Source of the DNA: Lepidodermella squamata
Taxonomy: Eukaryota; Animalia; Gastrotricha
DNA length: 64,000 nt
Reading direction: 5' to 3'
Assembly (NCBI GenBank): GCA_047495785.1
Contig: JBLDXI010000011.1
Span: 620,001-684,000, forward strand
Position numbers and translations under genes: made by a program. The notes beneath the pieces were generated by a model that searched no databases, was not told the DNA's origin, and worked only from the letters and a program-made list of their open reading frames with translations. This document shows, in pieces, positions 34,601 to 46,897 of the stretch. Position 1 is the stretch's first letter. Every line of letters begins with the position of its first letter.

Positions 34601-37600
34601 ATGCCCAAAAAGTAGACTTATCATGCCATTTATAGAGTGGTGTTTTTTTCGACTGATATCGACCCGGTGAGTTTTACTGATTTTTTGGGGTTCTACTTTA
34701 ACAAGGAAACTAAGGTGAAAGTCGAGGGAATTTCGTCAGTTTGTAAACTAATCAGATTTCGAGACTTATACTATATATAAAATGCTTGTATTTAGGTATG
34801 GTTGTATTAGAGGAAGTTTGGGTACCCGAACAAAAACAAAGTTATCAAATGCGACTTTTCTCGTATTTTTTTACAGGATTCCTGAGTAGGGTTTTTTAGG
34901 ATTTGATTTGAAATTAGCGTAACAAGTCGAGAAAGTGCAAGTATCGTAAAGTGCTAGAAATATTGTAAAATGATTCAATTAATTGATTAATTTATTTATT
35001 TAAAATGTGCCTCTGCTGTGGGGGTAGAACCATCCACCATTGATACACTCGCTCAGCAACTCATCCGCGACGCCACCAGCGATCACATGAATGATGCTGG
35101 TTTTATTGGTTTATAAATAACTTGCACTGTGGACTTGGTTGTTTTTGCATTAACGAAGATTTGTTTTCTTATAATAACAGATACTGCAGGCGTATGGAGG
35201 TACCTCTCGATAAAAATCTCCGAGAATGTCATAAAATATGAGGGGACCAAAAATCAGATGGAAGACGTGTTCTCGGTTTATGTCTCCATCACGGATGTTT
35301 TTGGAAAGGATCTAACTGGTAAGTCAAATTACTAATTTTTGAATATGATTGCAAATCTTGTAATGAATTGATTATATAAAACTTGACTTCTTGCGGGAAA
35401 ATATCAAGACAATTATTGAATGGTTTACCAATTGATTTAAGCATATTATATCGTGATATAGAAAAATCTATTCAAACGTGGCATATTTCGACGCCATTCG
35501 ACCGGCTGGAAAATAAAGCCGTTACAATTGGACCGCTGCAAGAGGGCGATCGAATCGCCTGTCTGTCGGTGACGCAAATCGACGCAGCTCCTAAACAACC
35601 TCCACACGCGATAGGTGATAATCTTCGACGTTACGAACGCAGTCGCCGGTTTTGCCGCTACAACGGCCAGTACGACACGAATGAAAACCTGCTAACCCTT
35701 CCTCCTCACGAGTTTAAAAATGGTGACAAGTGGCCGATAGACGGCCTCATCGGCTTTTGGCGATTGAAATTTGGAGGCCATTATCTGGATGACGCTTACC
35801 AAGGCATCGCGCCTAGCAAGATGGCAGATGAAAATCGAATTCTTGCAGTGTATTCATTTCATGGTGAAGACTTTCTAACAATTGCCCATAATGAAGAATT
35901 TGAGAAATTTATGACATCGCGGCGAATTCAAACAAGCTTTACATACCCGGCGGCTGTCGAGTACGATTTGAGCGGAATCAAAGGCGGCATGGTGACAGAA
36001 AACAAACTAACTTTGCTATTCCGCTTCACTATCGGGTACTACGATGATGGCTGCTTCGTCTATTTGCACGCTAAGATATCGTGAGTCACTTCATTTTTCG
36101 CTTGATAAAATAAATTTAGCATAGAACATAATATTAGGGCACACCCATTCTGGTCAGGGGCCATATTAAAATATGCGCAAACTCTTGTTTGCCTCCCTTT
36201 TTTAATACCATTTTAATACGGTTTTAGCCTGTCTTCGCTGTCCTTAATTTTTAGTTAGAATAAATTTAGTTAGAATAGGGTACGATAGAATAATTGGTGA
36301 CGAAACCAAGTTTGCATTTTAAAGGATCTGAGGTTGGATTAAAAAGTCTTTGGCGCTTAAATAATTGAATAATTTAATTTATTTATTACTAACAGTTTAT
36401 TTCCGACGTTTCGATTTCTAACAGAAATAAACTGTTAGCGCTAAATTTCATCAACCGTTTGTATTCCAAAAAACTGGTTATCAAATATTTATTGCTCGAA
36501 AACATTAAATAATTGAAAAATAAGTGGAAGCGAGCGAAGCAATTCTCCCCTGAAAATACGAAAACGAGCTGTTTTTTTAATGGGAAGAAGGATTCTAGAT
36601 CCATAGCAATTGGCTTTAATTAGAGTGGGAATCGTTTGCTTCAGGGATTAGATCCCAGGGAATCCAGGTGACGAAAGTGGCGAATTTTTAACCACAAAAA
36701 TGCCTGAACCTGACCGTCCTAACAAAGTCTTGAAAGTGTACGCAGGTTAAATATACCCCTATCCCTATTCTCAACGGTTTTAATAAGGAACATTTTTTGT
36801 GTCGACCACTGAGCGTGGTCCAGTGGTGAAAAATCAGAAGCCTGCTTGCACAGCTTTCTTAAGGAACATCTTTTTGAAAAAAGCTCTTAGGGAATAATCA
36901 GACCACGCCTGCTCTTTTATTTGCCGAAAACCGCATCATTTGCGGCTGAAAAGGTTTTTCAAAAAAGCGAGGCAAACAAGTTTGCCACCATTTTGGTTAT
37001 CAGTTTTCAGTTTTCAGACTTTAGCGATCCATCTGTGCAATTATCCAAGTATAATAATGTAAAAATGTTTGTCATTTTAGGGCATGCTTTGGAATGAAAG
37101 GAACACAATTTTCCATTTGGGTCCCCAACGTGTATTATATTGTGTTCGATATGGCTGGATCTACCACTGGCGCTTTTCACGCGGCCTTCGTATCCAGCGG
37201 TACTAAGTCGTACCTAATCGTTGTTAATGTTGTTAATTATAAGGTGTATTCACGGCGGATCGTCAAAAGTTTATTCGACTTTCGGGATTTGAAAAGGATG
37301 GAGCTGCTTTATAAATCTGGAAAAGAGGTCTCTATTGGTGGCATTAAGTGTGTTTTCCTGCACCGTAACGTGCTCAACGCTGATCAGTTGGAGAATCTTG
37401 CTAATGAGTGCGACGGTCCTACTCCGTATAACTGGACGCAAATAATTAAAGAACAGAATTTAGCAGATGAGCTTGAAACAGACGCCAGAAATGATCAGCC
37501 CACTACAATGCCTACATCGACAACATCAACAGCTTCAACGCCAGTAGCAGCAACGAAAATCACCAAAAAACCAAGACGCCGAACGACGACGCCGTTCCCA

Positions 37601-37804
37601 GAAATTGTCACGTCATCGACTCAAAATCCGTACATTGATGTCACGGGTAGCGATGGGTTTTTCGGGCGAGATAAGCGCGGCGATGGCAACGAAACCACTT
37701 CACCTGTACCTTGGGAATACGCCCGGAAAAAGCCGAAAAATGCCGCGCTTCACCGAGCTGTACCGCTTATCCCCATTTGCTTTTTCGTGCTCGTCAGTTT
37801 TTAG
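31684..37804 (+). CDS. Multi-module LamG/pentraxin-like, predicted GPI-anchored protein
   Basis: Signal MLSLSRFLLLSCVSCCACA. LGTWPF, IG..KSGHAMACLS, IGPLQEGDRIACLS, LIGFWRL. Thr-rich stalk and hydrophobic C-terminus. Exons near 31684, 32571, 35182, 35462 and 37081; boundaries approximate and it could be two genes. Confidence 0.55.
33626..34580. mobile_element. Mutator-like non-autonomous element (intronic)
   Basis: ~45-bp imperfect TIRs (GGTAAAATAAAATCTGCCGCCCCAAAAGGTAAAAG). Direct repeat TTTCTGTCTC on both flanks (33616-33625, 34581-34590). Confidence 0.8.
36700..36840 (+). repeat. Dispersed repeat; second copy inverted at ~63805-63955
   Basis: Shared TCTTGAAAGTGTACGC and CACTGAGCGTGGTCCAGTGG blocks at similar spacing. 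Confidence 0.7.
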
Positions 37805-37879
37805 TTGTTTCAAAGCTGAATAAATCCGGTTTTGTTGTTCACATTTTATTGTAATTTTTTTTTCAATTCTTCACGGAGA

Positions 37880-40800
37880 TCACCAAAACACAACTAAATA
37901 TGCGTATAAATTGGCGGAAATGAAGAAATCCAGCGAGAGAAGAAAGGCGGATAGGTCCATCGCTCGAACTGGTGATATGACGGGCAACAAAAACGAAATC
38001 GTCGCTGGAACTTCTGCCAGCTCATTTTCAAATGTCCAAGCCAGAACAGCCATGTCGTACATAGTTATCAACGCAGTCAAGCCAGTTAGCAGCAAAATGT
38101 ACTGAGACATAAGAATGAACTCTGAAGTTCTCGGAACCCCAGCCAGCACATCAGACTGCGCGACAATCAGGGACAGAAGGGCTGTAGCGCAGAACAAAGC
38201 TCGATCTGGGACATCGGGCTTCATAATAAAGGAACCAAATACCAAAGTTAGGACAACGTAGCACGGCGTGATTAGATTGATTAGGTAGTAAATCGGGTTT
38301 CGGTTGAAGCGTAGCTTGATCGCTGCGTAGCTCGACGGGCCGTTTCGTTGCGTAATCGACCGCATAACTCCGTATTCAGTCGCGATTCCAACACAGCTCC
38401 AAACATCGTTGTTCAAACTTTCTCGCCCGGATAGGAAAACACCGGAGATAGAAACGTAATCAGGCGGTTGCTCACTTATGAAAGTGAAGTCGCAGTCTTG
38501 GTAGTCGAACGGGAATTTTCTTAGGTCCAAGATACAATCAGTCGGGAAGATTCCTAATCTCGTCCAATGAAAGTACAAAGTTCGATTCGGCCGCGTTGGG
38601 AAGTAGACAATTTCAGTCTTTTCCCCGAAACTCAGCCTAGTTAGGAATAGGTTCTCGGAACTATTCGCCGAGAGCAGTTCAGGCCGCCAAGCTTTCGACC
38701 CATCAGCCGTGAAAATTCGCTCTTCAATCTCAGACTTCGGAGCTGTGTAGTTGGACCCGCAGCTTTTCACCAGCCATTGAACACGAAGTGAAGCAATTAC
38801 GGACAACTGCTGCTTCATGACATCAATTTCGATGAGTCGTTCGATTTTGAATGTCAGGTAGATTTTTGTATTCCGATCCGGGGCTTTAACATCTGGTTGG
38901 ATGAAATCGCACGGGAGAAGTTGGTTGAAGGTCACTGAAGGGTACATATTCCCGTTTATCATTTCAGGAATCGGGAATCCAGTTTCAGGATTCTTTGCGC
39001 TTGCGTACTCGTTGAACGGATCTTTTGTGGTTTTCGAACTGGAATAATCTGTGGCGATGAAGGATGGGACGAAAGCTGGCTGAGTCGACGTGAGAATAGT
39101 GGAAACCTCATGCAACACTAGGGTAGTATCTGTAATTTGATTAGGCGTTGAACTTCCCTGATCGAGGGGTGTGATTGCTGAGGTTACTGAAACTTGTTCG
39201 GGGCTTGAGCTTTCTCGAACTGATGTCGTGGTTTCTGAGGTTGAATCTAAGAAACTAGCAGTTGGATTAGTTGTAGAAATAGGATCGCCCGGAGACGTTC
39301 GAGTGGATGGCGTAACTTTTGAAGAACTCAGCTTTGTAGTTGCTGTTGTTGTTGTTGAGCTTGAACCTGGAATCGAATCGGATATTTCTGTTGAAAATGC
39401 AGGGCTAGATGTTATTTCAAGCTGGGTTGTTCCAATCGATGAGCTAGTTGGGTTGTTCGAGGTTTCAGTGACTGAGTCAGTGACTGGAGTTGTACTGGAA
39501 TCAGTATTCGAGGTTGTAGTAGTAGTTGTTGTTGTCGTAGTAGATTGAGTCGTAGTTGATGTTGAAGTTGTTGGGCAGGGCGAAGGGCAAGTTATGTTGA
39601 ACATGTAGAATTTACTCAGCAGAAAATCTCCATCTGCGTTGCCTAGAGCTGTGGCGCTTATGTAGACATTGCCGTTAGCCAGCATAGCTCCGAGACCAGG
39701 TACTGCAATGTTGTTGTAACAGGTTCCAGGCGCATTACTTCCACTTTGCGAGATCGATGCCTTGAAATCAAAGTTCGAAATACATAACTACAAATTAGTG
39801 AAAAAAGGCATTTTAAGCTCTGGGCTCCTTGGTCCCTGTGCTTATTGAGCATTGATTTTGCGCCATAGAGCTGTTTCGTAAAGTAATGAATACTTTTCCT
39901 CAATTCGAGAATTAGGTGTTTAACTGGCTCCGAATTTGCTCATTTTAAGAGTTATTTGTCAGTTCTGCAAATGTTGAAAATTATAGAAATTATTGAAATT
40001 TTATGGAAATTTAAAAAATATTTTTCTTTCTCCGGAATTGATGATTCATCACCTAACGCCTAATTTTTTCGATTTTTCCACAGTTCGATGCTTCGTCTCG
40101 ATCGATGATGGAGAGCCCCGATGGATTTCTAACTTCATCTAAAATGCTCAACTACTATATACAGAATATTGAGACCCATTAAGCGATTCCGGCCGGTTCT
40201 ATCTTCACATTCATCTGAAGGGCAACGGCTTAAGCTTACGCACGACCACTCATATGAGTAAAACTGTAAGAAAAGGCGAATTAGTTAACAGCTTTTTGTT
40301 AATTTTCAACGTTTTGACTTCTAAGGCTAATAGAATGGACATAACTAGAATGAAACGAATAGAGAAAGCCTTCGCAACTCATTTTATGCAATTTTTCTAT
40401 ATTTAAATTTAAAATTTAAATTTAAAAATTTAAATTTTCAATACCGTAGAGCGGTACAATTTTGAACAGGGTACAACTTTGAACATTTTTTCAAAAGTAC
40501 AATTTTGAACGAACGTTTGCATTGAAAAAAATGAAAGTGTTCAAAATTGTACTTTCGTGAGTGTGAAGTACAATTTTGAACATTAACGAAATTTTCAATG
40601 CAAACGTTCGTTCAAAATTGTACTTTTGAAAAAATGTTCAAAGTTGTACCCTGTTCAAAATTGTACCGCTCTACGGTATTTAAAAAATTTAAGTACAATT
40701 TTCGAGAAAAATGAAAAAATTGTAAAATCTCTGAATATCATAACACATCGTTCTTGGTTCTAAATTGCTGAGCCTCATCAATGCCTTGTTCAACTCAAAT

Positions 40801-41541
40801 ATCATCGTTCGTATGTAACTTACCGATATTTTATCGCTGACAAGCTGGATAACCATCTTGAAGCTCGTGCTTGTTCCAGTGAACACGTTACTAGCGCCAC
40901 AAGACGCTGAAGAATTGACTGCAGCATTCCCAGGCATGTTCACGCTCGGCGATGAAGCCATACCTCCAGGAGCATAAGTTGCATGGGCCAATGAGCCAGG
41001 CTTAATCCGTTGGAAAAACGCTATCCCCTTCAAAGAGTTGAACCCGATATAACATCCAGATACACTGTTGCCTGAAATTCGAAAAAGAAATAGATACTGA
41101 GTTCGAAAATCGCTACTTACCGAATCCTACTGTAGTAGTAGAGAGGAACAGGCCGAACCAAGCGTTAGTACCTGTTGTATCGTAATTTGCAACTCCGTCA
41201 TATTCAATCCTGAACTCTGATACGCCGGCTGGTATAGCTTGGTTCATACTGAGGGTCCCAGAGCAGTACAAAACTCCACCTAAATTCAACCCGCCACCGA
41301 GGAGATTTGAAGAAGTGAGTTGGTACCCGGAATTCAGGTTCAACCCAACGCCTAGTGACGTAGATAACCCACCAGAGTTAGCCGTAACGCTCGAGTTCCG
41401 AGTATCGAACGACGGCCCGGTTAGATAGGTTGCAACGTAGTTCGGGGGCAATGTCATAAGGTTCAAATTTGGAGCTGGATCGGAAGGCGCCGATGACGTA
41501 GCCGCTATGAAAGCGCAAATCAAGTTCAACCTGGAAATCAT
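37880..41541 (-). CDS. Cys-loop pentameric ligand-gated ion channel subunit with N-terminal beta-rich domain and mucin stalk (~850 aa)
   Basis: Exons 41541-41121, 41071-40824, optional 40263-40240, and 39760-37880 join in phase. WRPEL, Cys loop CILDLRKFPFDYQDC, RNPIYYLINLITPC and four TM helices. Confidence 0.8.
40444..40676. mobile_element. Palindromic Tc1/mariner-type MITE (intronic)
   Basis: TA|CCGTAGAGCGGTACAATTTTGAAC ... GTTCAAAATTGTACCGCTCTACGG|TA. Almost fully self-complementary, with internal GTACAATTTTGAAC repeats. Confidence 0.85.
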
Positions 41542-42328
41542 GTCGTATATACTGAACGGCTTTTATCGTCCTCTAGCATTTTGCTTTATTCGGACAGGGT
41601 AATTAGGAGACAGTTTTATCGATTTTGAGAACAAAATGCGAGCACTTTACGTCACGTGTCGAACTCGTGTTTAGTCTGTTGAGAATAGCAATTAAATGGT
41701 CATTGGAATTTTGTATTACGATGCCTGCTGTCTACTCTCTAATATGGGCGCATCTCAATTAGAAAGTTCGAAACATGAAAAATTGATGATAACTAGATTA
41801 TTTTTAATAGGCCATCCTAGAATTGCTCATCCGGGATCTAGGCTTCAAAATAAAATTCTGTTACTCAAAGCATGAAATTAGGTTGAAACCGCTTTGGGGC
41901 CCTTTCTCACAGCATGATTTTAGAATTGATGATTAATGAACGATGTTAATTTGAATTTCATAGCTTGACCATCGAAGAAATAAGGGCTGACTTTCAAAAA
42001 TGTATGCTTTGTATCAACAACAGGTTGTAACAATAGCATTATTTTTCACTTCATGCAAGTCGGCACTTTGTTTACCAATATTACAGTTTTGAGGTGTACA
42101 TGTGCCATTGTGAATAAACAATTTGACGAACATCGAAAGCTCTCACCACTAAGCAAATAATAGACTCGTTCTTTCAGCAAAGTTGATCGGGCAGTTTTGA
42201 AGCAAAACGCCCTTAATTTCCCTAATTTCTCTACCAAAAATTAAATTTCGGATATTGCTGATCCAAATTTAGAATTTCCTTTATTTGAACCTTCATTTGA
42301 ATTTGAATTTCTTTTTAGAATTTTCGAC

Positions 42329-44909
42329 ATGTTGCGTGTTATTTTGGTCTCTTTAATCTTGGCTCCTTTCGCGAGTTCATCATCGGTAGTCATTGAATCA
42401 GTCGCTGCCCGTGGCTTCTACCTCAGCATGACGTGCCGAGGCTTACGCTCGCCTCAATGCGGCGGCCTCGTTACATTCCGCTCCCTAGGCCACACGGTAC
42501 CAAGAAAGCCACCCAGCTCTATTTTCTTCCAGCAAACTCAAGTCCCGCTCTCTCGCCGAAGAATGCGTCTGGAATCGAAATGGAACAGGGGCAACTTCTT
42601 GAGCCTGATCAGCCAGAACAATTACGGTCAGAATTTCGCTCAAATTCGATGTTGCGACCGAGGCCGTCACAGCGATCCAACTTACTTGCTGGACCAATTT
42701 CGTGAGGTTCAGAATCTAGACGGGACTGTTTCATTTCAAGCTGTGCATGGGAACTCTTACCTATCAATCGACTACCACCATCGAGCTGGGCTGAGCGAAT
42801 ACAACGCAATCGCTTCGTTCAATCAAGGTGCGAAGGAGAAGTTCATTGTTCGCGAGGCGAAGCATTTCATGAGGACTGTTTTTCGACGAACGAAAGGTCA
42901 CGGCCGAGGGAAAACGCTCGACGACGATGAAATGTCGCCTGATGATGTTGAGAGTGATCTTGGAATCGAACAAACTACTGTGGCCATCGTCAAGACTACT
43001 ACAACAAAGAAGGTGAAGGCTACTACACCACCTACTACCACAACAATTTCTACGAATTTCGGCAATCTGTTCGGTCAAGTTAGATCGCCGGCTTACGAGG
43101 CGATTGTTCAGGATTCGGCCTTCAAATTTTACTACACGACATCATTGGCGGATAATGCGACACAATCGCTGATTGTTTGCGAACGGAACAATGCCGTTGT
43201 AGCTTTGATTCCTATCGAATTGAGAGCTCAAAGTTGTCAAGCTTTGATCTCCATTTGTGCTAATGGCCAAGTTGTAGTAAGTCGGTATTTCGGTATTGTG
43301 ATTCATCTATTTTCCAGATTCTAGAAAGCTCTTAAAAGAGAAACCAGATTTGTTTATGTTTTTATTCGAACTTCTTTCAAAATCATTCCCTTTTATTTTA
43401 GGGATTAGGTTTCCCAAATGCACTTTACGAAGGCTTTTTGGAATCGATAAGGAAATTATTCATGACTGTTGTTAGAATTACTGATGACTTTGAATTTGGG
43501 TCTTACTTTTAGCAGAACCAAAATTGCCTGTTGGCGGAGCCAAATTTTGGAATTTTCACTCTGAAGCCACTTTTTGTAGCCTTCATGCTTATCATGATTT
43601 ATCCGCAACATTTGATATGAATAACCATCATTAAATCCGGCGTAAAATTCTGTAAAACACGCATTCTTCACTATAGGATTCATGCATTGCCTCAATTTCG
43701 TAGAAATATTCGAAAAGCGGCCTTTTGCTTACCCTAAAATTAGGTTTCGCAAAATGCCGAATTGATTCCGCTACGAGATAGGTATTCTGTTTGAATTTTT
43801 TTGAAAGCATTTGCTATTCTTCACAATGAATCTTATTTTTCTAGATGATCAATCTGGAAGCCTCAAGGATTCTTAAACGCGTTACACTCGTACTTTCGTC
43901 CTCCTCCGGTCGCATCCGCCATGCTGCTTTCCACAAGCCAACTTCAACCATCTACCTCACAATGGACAGAGATGACCAACTACCTTCCAGTGGCATATTC
44001 GCTGTTTCAATCGAGAACATTCTTCGATCAAGCTCGAATCCTGTTACTCTATCACAGGTCGTGAAACCAATGCAAAGCAGGCTTTTTCATTCAATTGCTA
44101 TCTCAAGTTCTTCTGATCGTTATTCTCGCCTTTTCGCGTCTGATTCGTTTTCGAAGCGAGATTACGCCGTGTTTTCGATCAACCCTGATGGGAAGCTGAG
44201 TTTAGACAGCGATTTGAGGCTGAAATTTCCGGATTTCTCGAAGACTCTCGGGCCAATCTCGCCCGGATACCTAGCCCTTCATCAACTGGCGACTGGGAAA
44301 GGTCTGCTTGCCATATCTGACGAGCATCGATTGGTATTCGCTGAGAAAGCGTCTGCTGGGTCTGGGTTTAATTTCAAGAATGTCGCTGATGTTGATGCAG
44401 GAAAACCTGGTCAAATGTTGTTCGATATCTTCGGCAATCTTCTCTTCCTGCATGGAAATTTTCTCAAGGTAGGCAGCCTTAGATGTTTGCTGAGCAACTT
44501 GCTGGGCATTTGATTCAATTCAAGGAATTATAGTTGATTTGGTTCGCAACATTTTTGAAATTACGAATTTTCCTGAAATTAATCTAAATCATTTTTCAAT
44601 GCTTTAGTAATCAATATTCTTATTTTTTGTTTGCAGATTTGTGCTCCTGGTGAAAACGGTGAATTAGACCTAATTTGGGGATCTAACGATCTTGGCGGAG
44701 TAGCAACATCTCTAACTTTCCACGCTAGCTTGGACGAGCCGATACGAAGTGTCAACTCTGCTCAAGTGTACGTCGGTCTCGAGAGTGGACACGTTTTACT
44801 ACTGCCGGCAATAGGAGATGCCTCAGGTTCGAATGCAAACCAGTGCGAAATCAAAGGTGAGGCGACGACGACTCCTTACGATGTTGTTGATTATGATATT
44901 GCGCTTTGA
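42329..44909 (+). CDS. Secreted protein: fascin-like beta-trefoil, Thr-rich linker, probable beta-propeller
   Basis: Signal peptide. Repeats IESVAARGFYLS, LESKWNRGNFLS, FQAVHGNSYLS and final GAKEKF. Exons ~42329-43276, 43845-44469, 44637-44909, then AATAAA. Confidence 0.6.
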
Positions 44910-46897
44910 AATAAAACACGTTCGGTTCTCAATTAAACTTTCTTGCTGCTAATATTCAACTAGAATTTCTATGCTACAGAATCAGAAAATAGCAGCTGGT
45001 CTGTGGATATCTCTTGGTCCACATTGTCTTGACTGAATTTGGGGCTTTTAGATCAATTCTGAGATCAATCGATCTAAAGAAATGAATTTCCCTCATTACT
45101 AACTTCCCCTCAATCGCATCTCGCATTGCTTTCTCAAAGAGCAAGAAGGATTTCGAGACGTTTCGTCATATTGGGCGCAGGATTGAGGACAGCTTCCAGC
45201 CGTTTCTGCCAACAGTCCACTTTCATTGTAGCACATAGTTGTGCCATATCAAACGCTATTACATGAAAATGGGAAGGGTACCCATCGTAAAATTGCGATT
45301 CCCGTAATTCTCGTATGCATCACAAAGGTAAATAGCCACATTTCCCAGTCATTGCAGCACCTCTCGACAGGATGCGCTGCGTTATGTTCTAGTCTTGCGG
45401 GCATTAACAGATAGGCCGCATCGTTTCAGCAGTTGAATAGACACGTAGCGATGGTCGATAGGAAATAGTCGACCATTTCTAGATTACAATTCTCAGCTGA
45501 GATGCATGAAATGGGTTATCGTAGCCTAATCGTTATTGTAGCCCTAACTCTTTTTGTGAAGAGGAATTAGGCTAGGTCGAAATTTGCAGAACGTATCTCG
45601 GTCATTGCTACCCCTTTGAGGCATGGAGACGATACTTTAGTGAGGAGTTCATCTATAGTTCCAGTACATGTGTTCGATCATCGTTTGATTTGTTGTATGT
45701 TAGTCGAATTTAGACTTGTTTACGTCTCTTTCATGTCAATAGTCTATTGTTTTGCTTCTTCATTCGCGTAAAAACAACGCTTTTTACTTACAAGCCAGCC
45801 TAAGCCTGAGCTTCATTCAACAATGTGTTCTCGGCATGGAGTTCTAAGTAAAACGGTCATTAAATTATTTACGGCGTCCATAAAATTCTGTTAGCATCCA
45901 TTATGACTGAGTCAGAAAATATGGGACATGGGCTAGAAATTTAGTCGTTTTTACTATTTGAGAGAGCAACGACAGAGAAGCTCAACATTGAAATTCGAAA
46001 ATGATCAAATAAAGAAGCCGCTGATAATTAATTGTTAGATTCCTTTTATATTTGTTTAAGCTTTTCGTTTTTTTTGAATAAAACAACAAAATCAACTAGT
46101 ACTCATCGCTCTACGAAGTTTTCTCACATTAATTTTGCAATTGAAGACTTCAAATGCATAGACAATGATGCTACAGATCGGTCACCCACGCTCTTCGCAT
46201 TGAAACACTAATTATGAAATTTGTACCGTGGATTGCGATCGGCCATTATAAATCCGGCCGAAAACTTGTCGAACTCCTAAGCCTAAGGCCTACGACTATT
46301 TTCAACTTTTGAATCAAAGATTCAATTTTGTGTGCAAATTTCATAATTAGCGATAACAGGCGGGTGCGTGAGTGTCCGATTCATTACATTATTGTCTATG
46401 GCCAAAAGGATTGGTTTCAAAGCAATTTCGCTGCGGCTTCAGGTGCCTTCAATATTGGCCCGATAAGGCCATGATGATGTTGCAATTGCTAAAATATTAT
46501 TTTATATTTTATAAGTCTTATTCTGCTAAATTTCGGGAAACTGTTTTACTTTGGAATTAACAATTCCATGGCAATTTTGATAATAATTGAAATATAGTGG
46601 TCTTGATTGAAATATAGTGGTGAAATATTTCATACTTCATCCTTTTTGCCCGCTGAGTGGCTTATCTTCAGGTGCACACAGTCCTGATGCGACTTTTTCA
46701 AGTTCACTCAGCTATGAATGGAGGCGCATTGCATTCATTTCTCCATCGAGCATAAAAGCCATTCATCAATCGTGAATGGGAACGTAAGACAACTGACAAA
46801 TTTACACGCCAGTTGACAGGCTTTCAACTCTGGGTCGCTATGGATGAATTTATTAATACATTGCAAATAAATCAATTTCTGTGATTAATCCTGAAAA

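Noticed and set aside
44950-46850. Short ORFs in apparently degenerate sequence (also 2100-3050, 6850-7600, 62400-63300)
   Set aside because: No recognisable motifs or consistent splice chains; probably decayed repeats.
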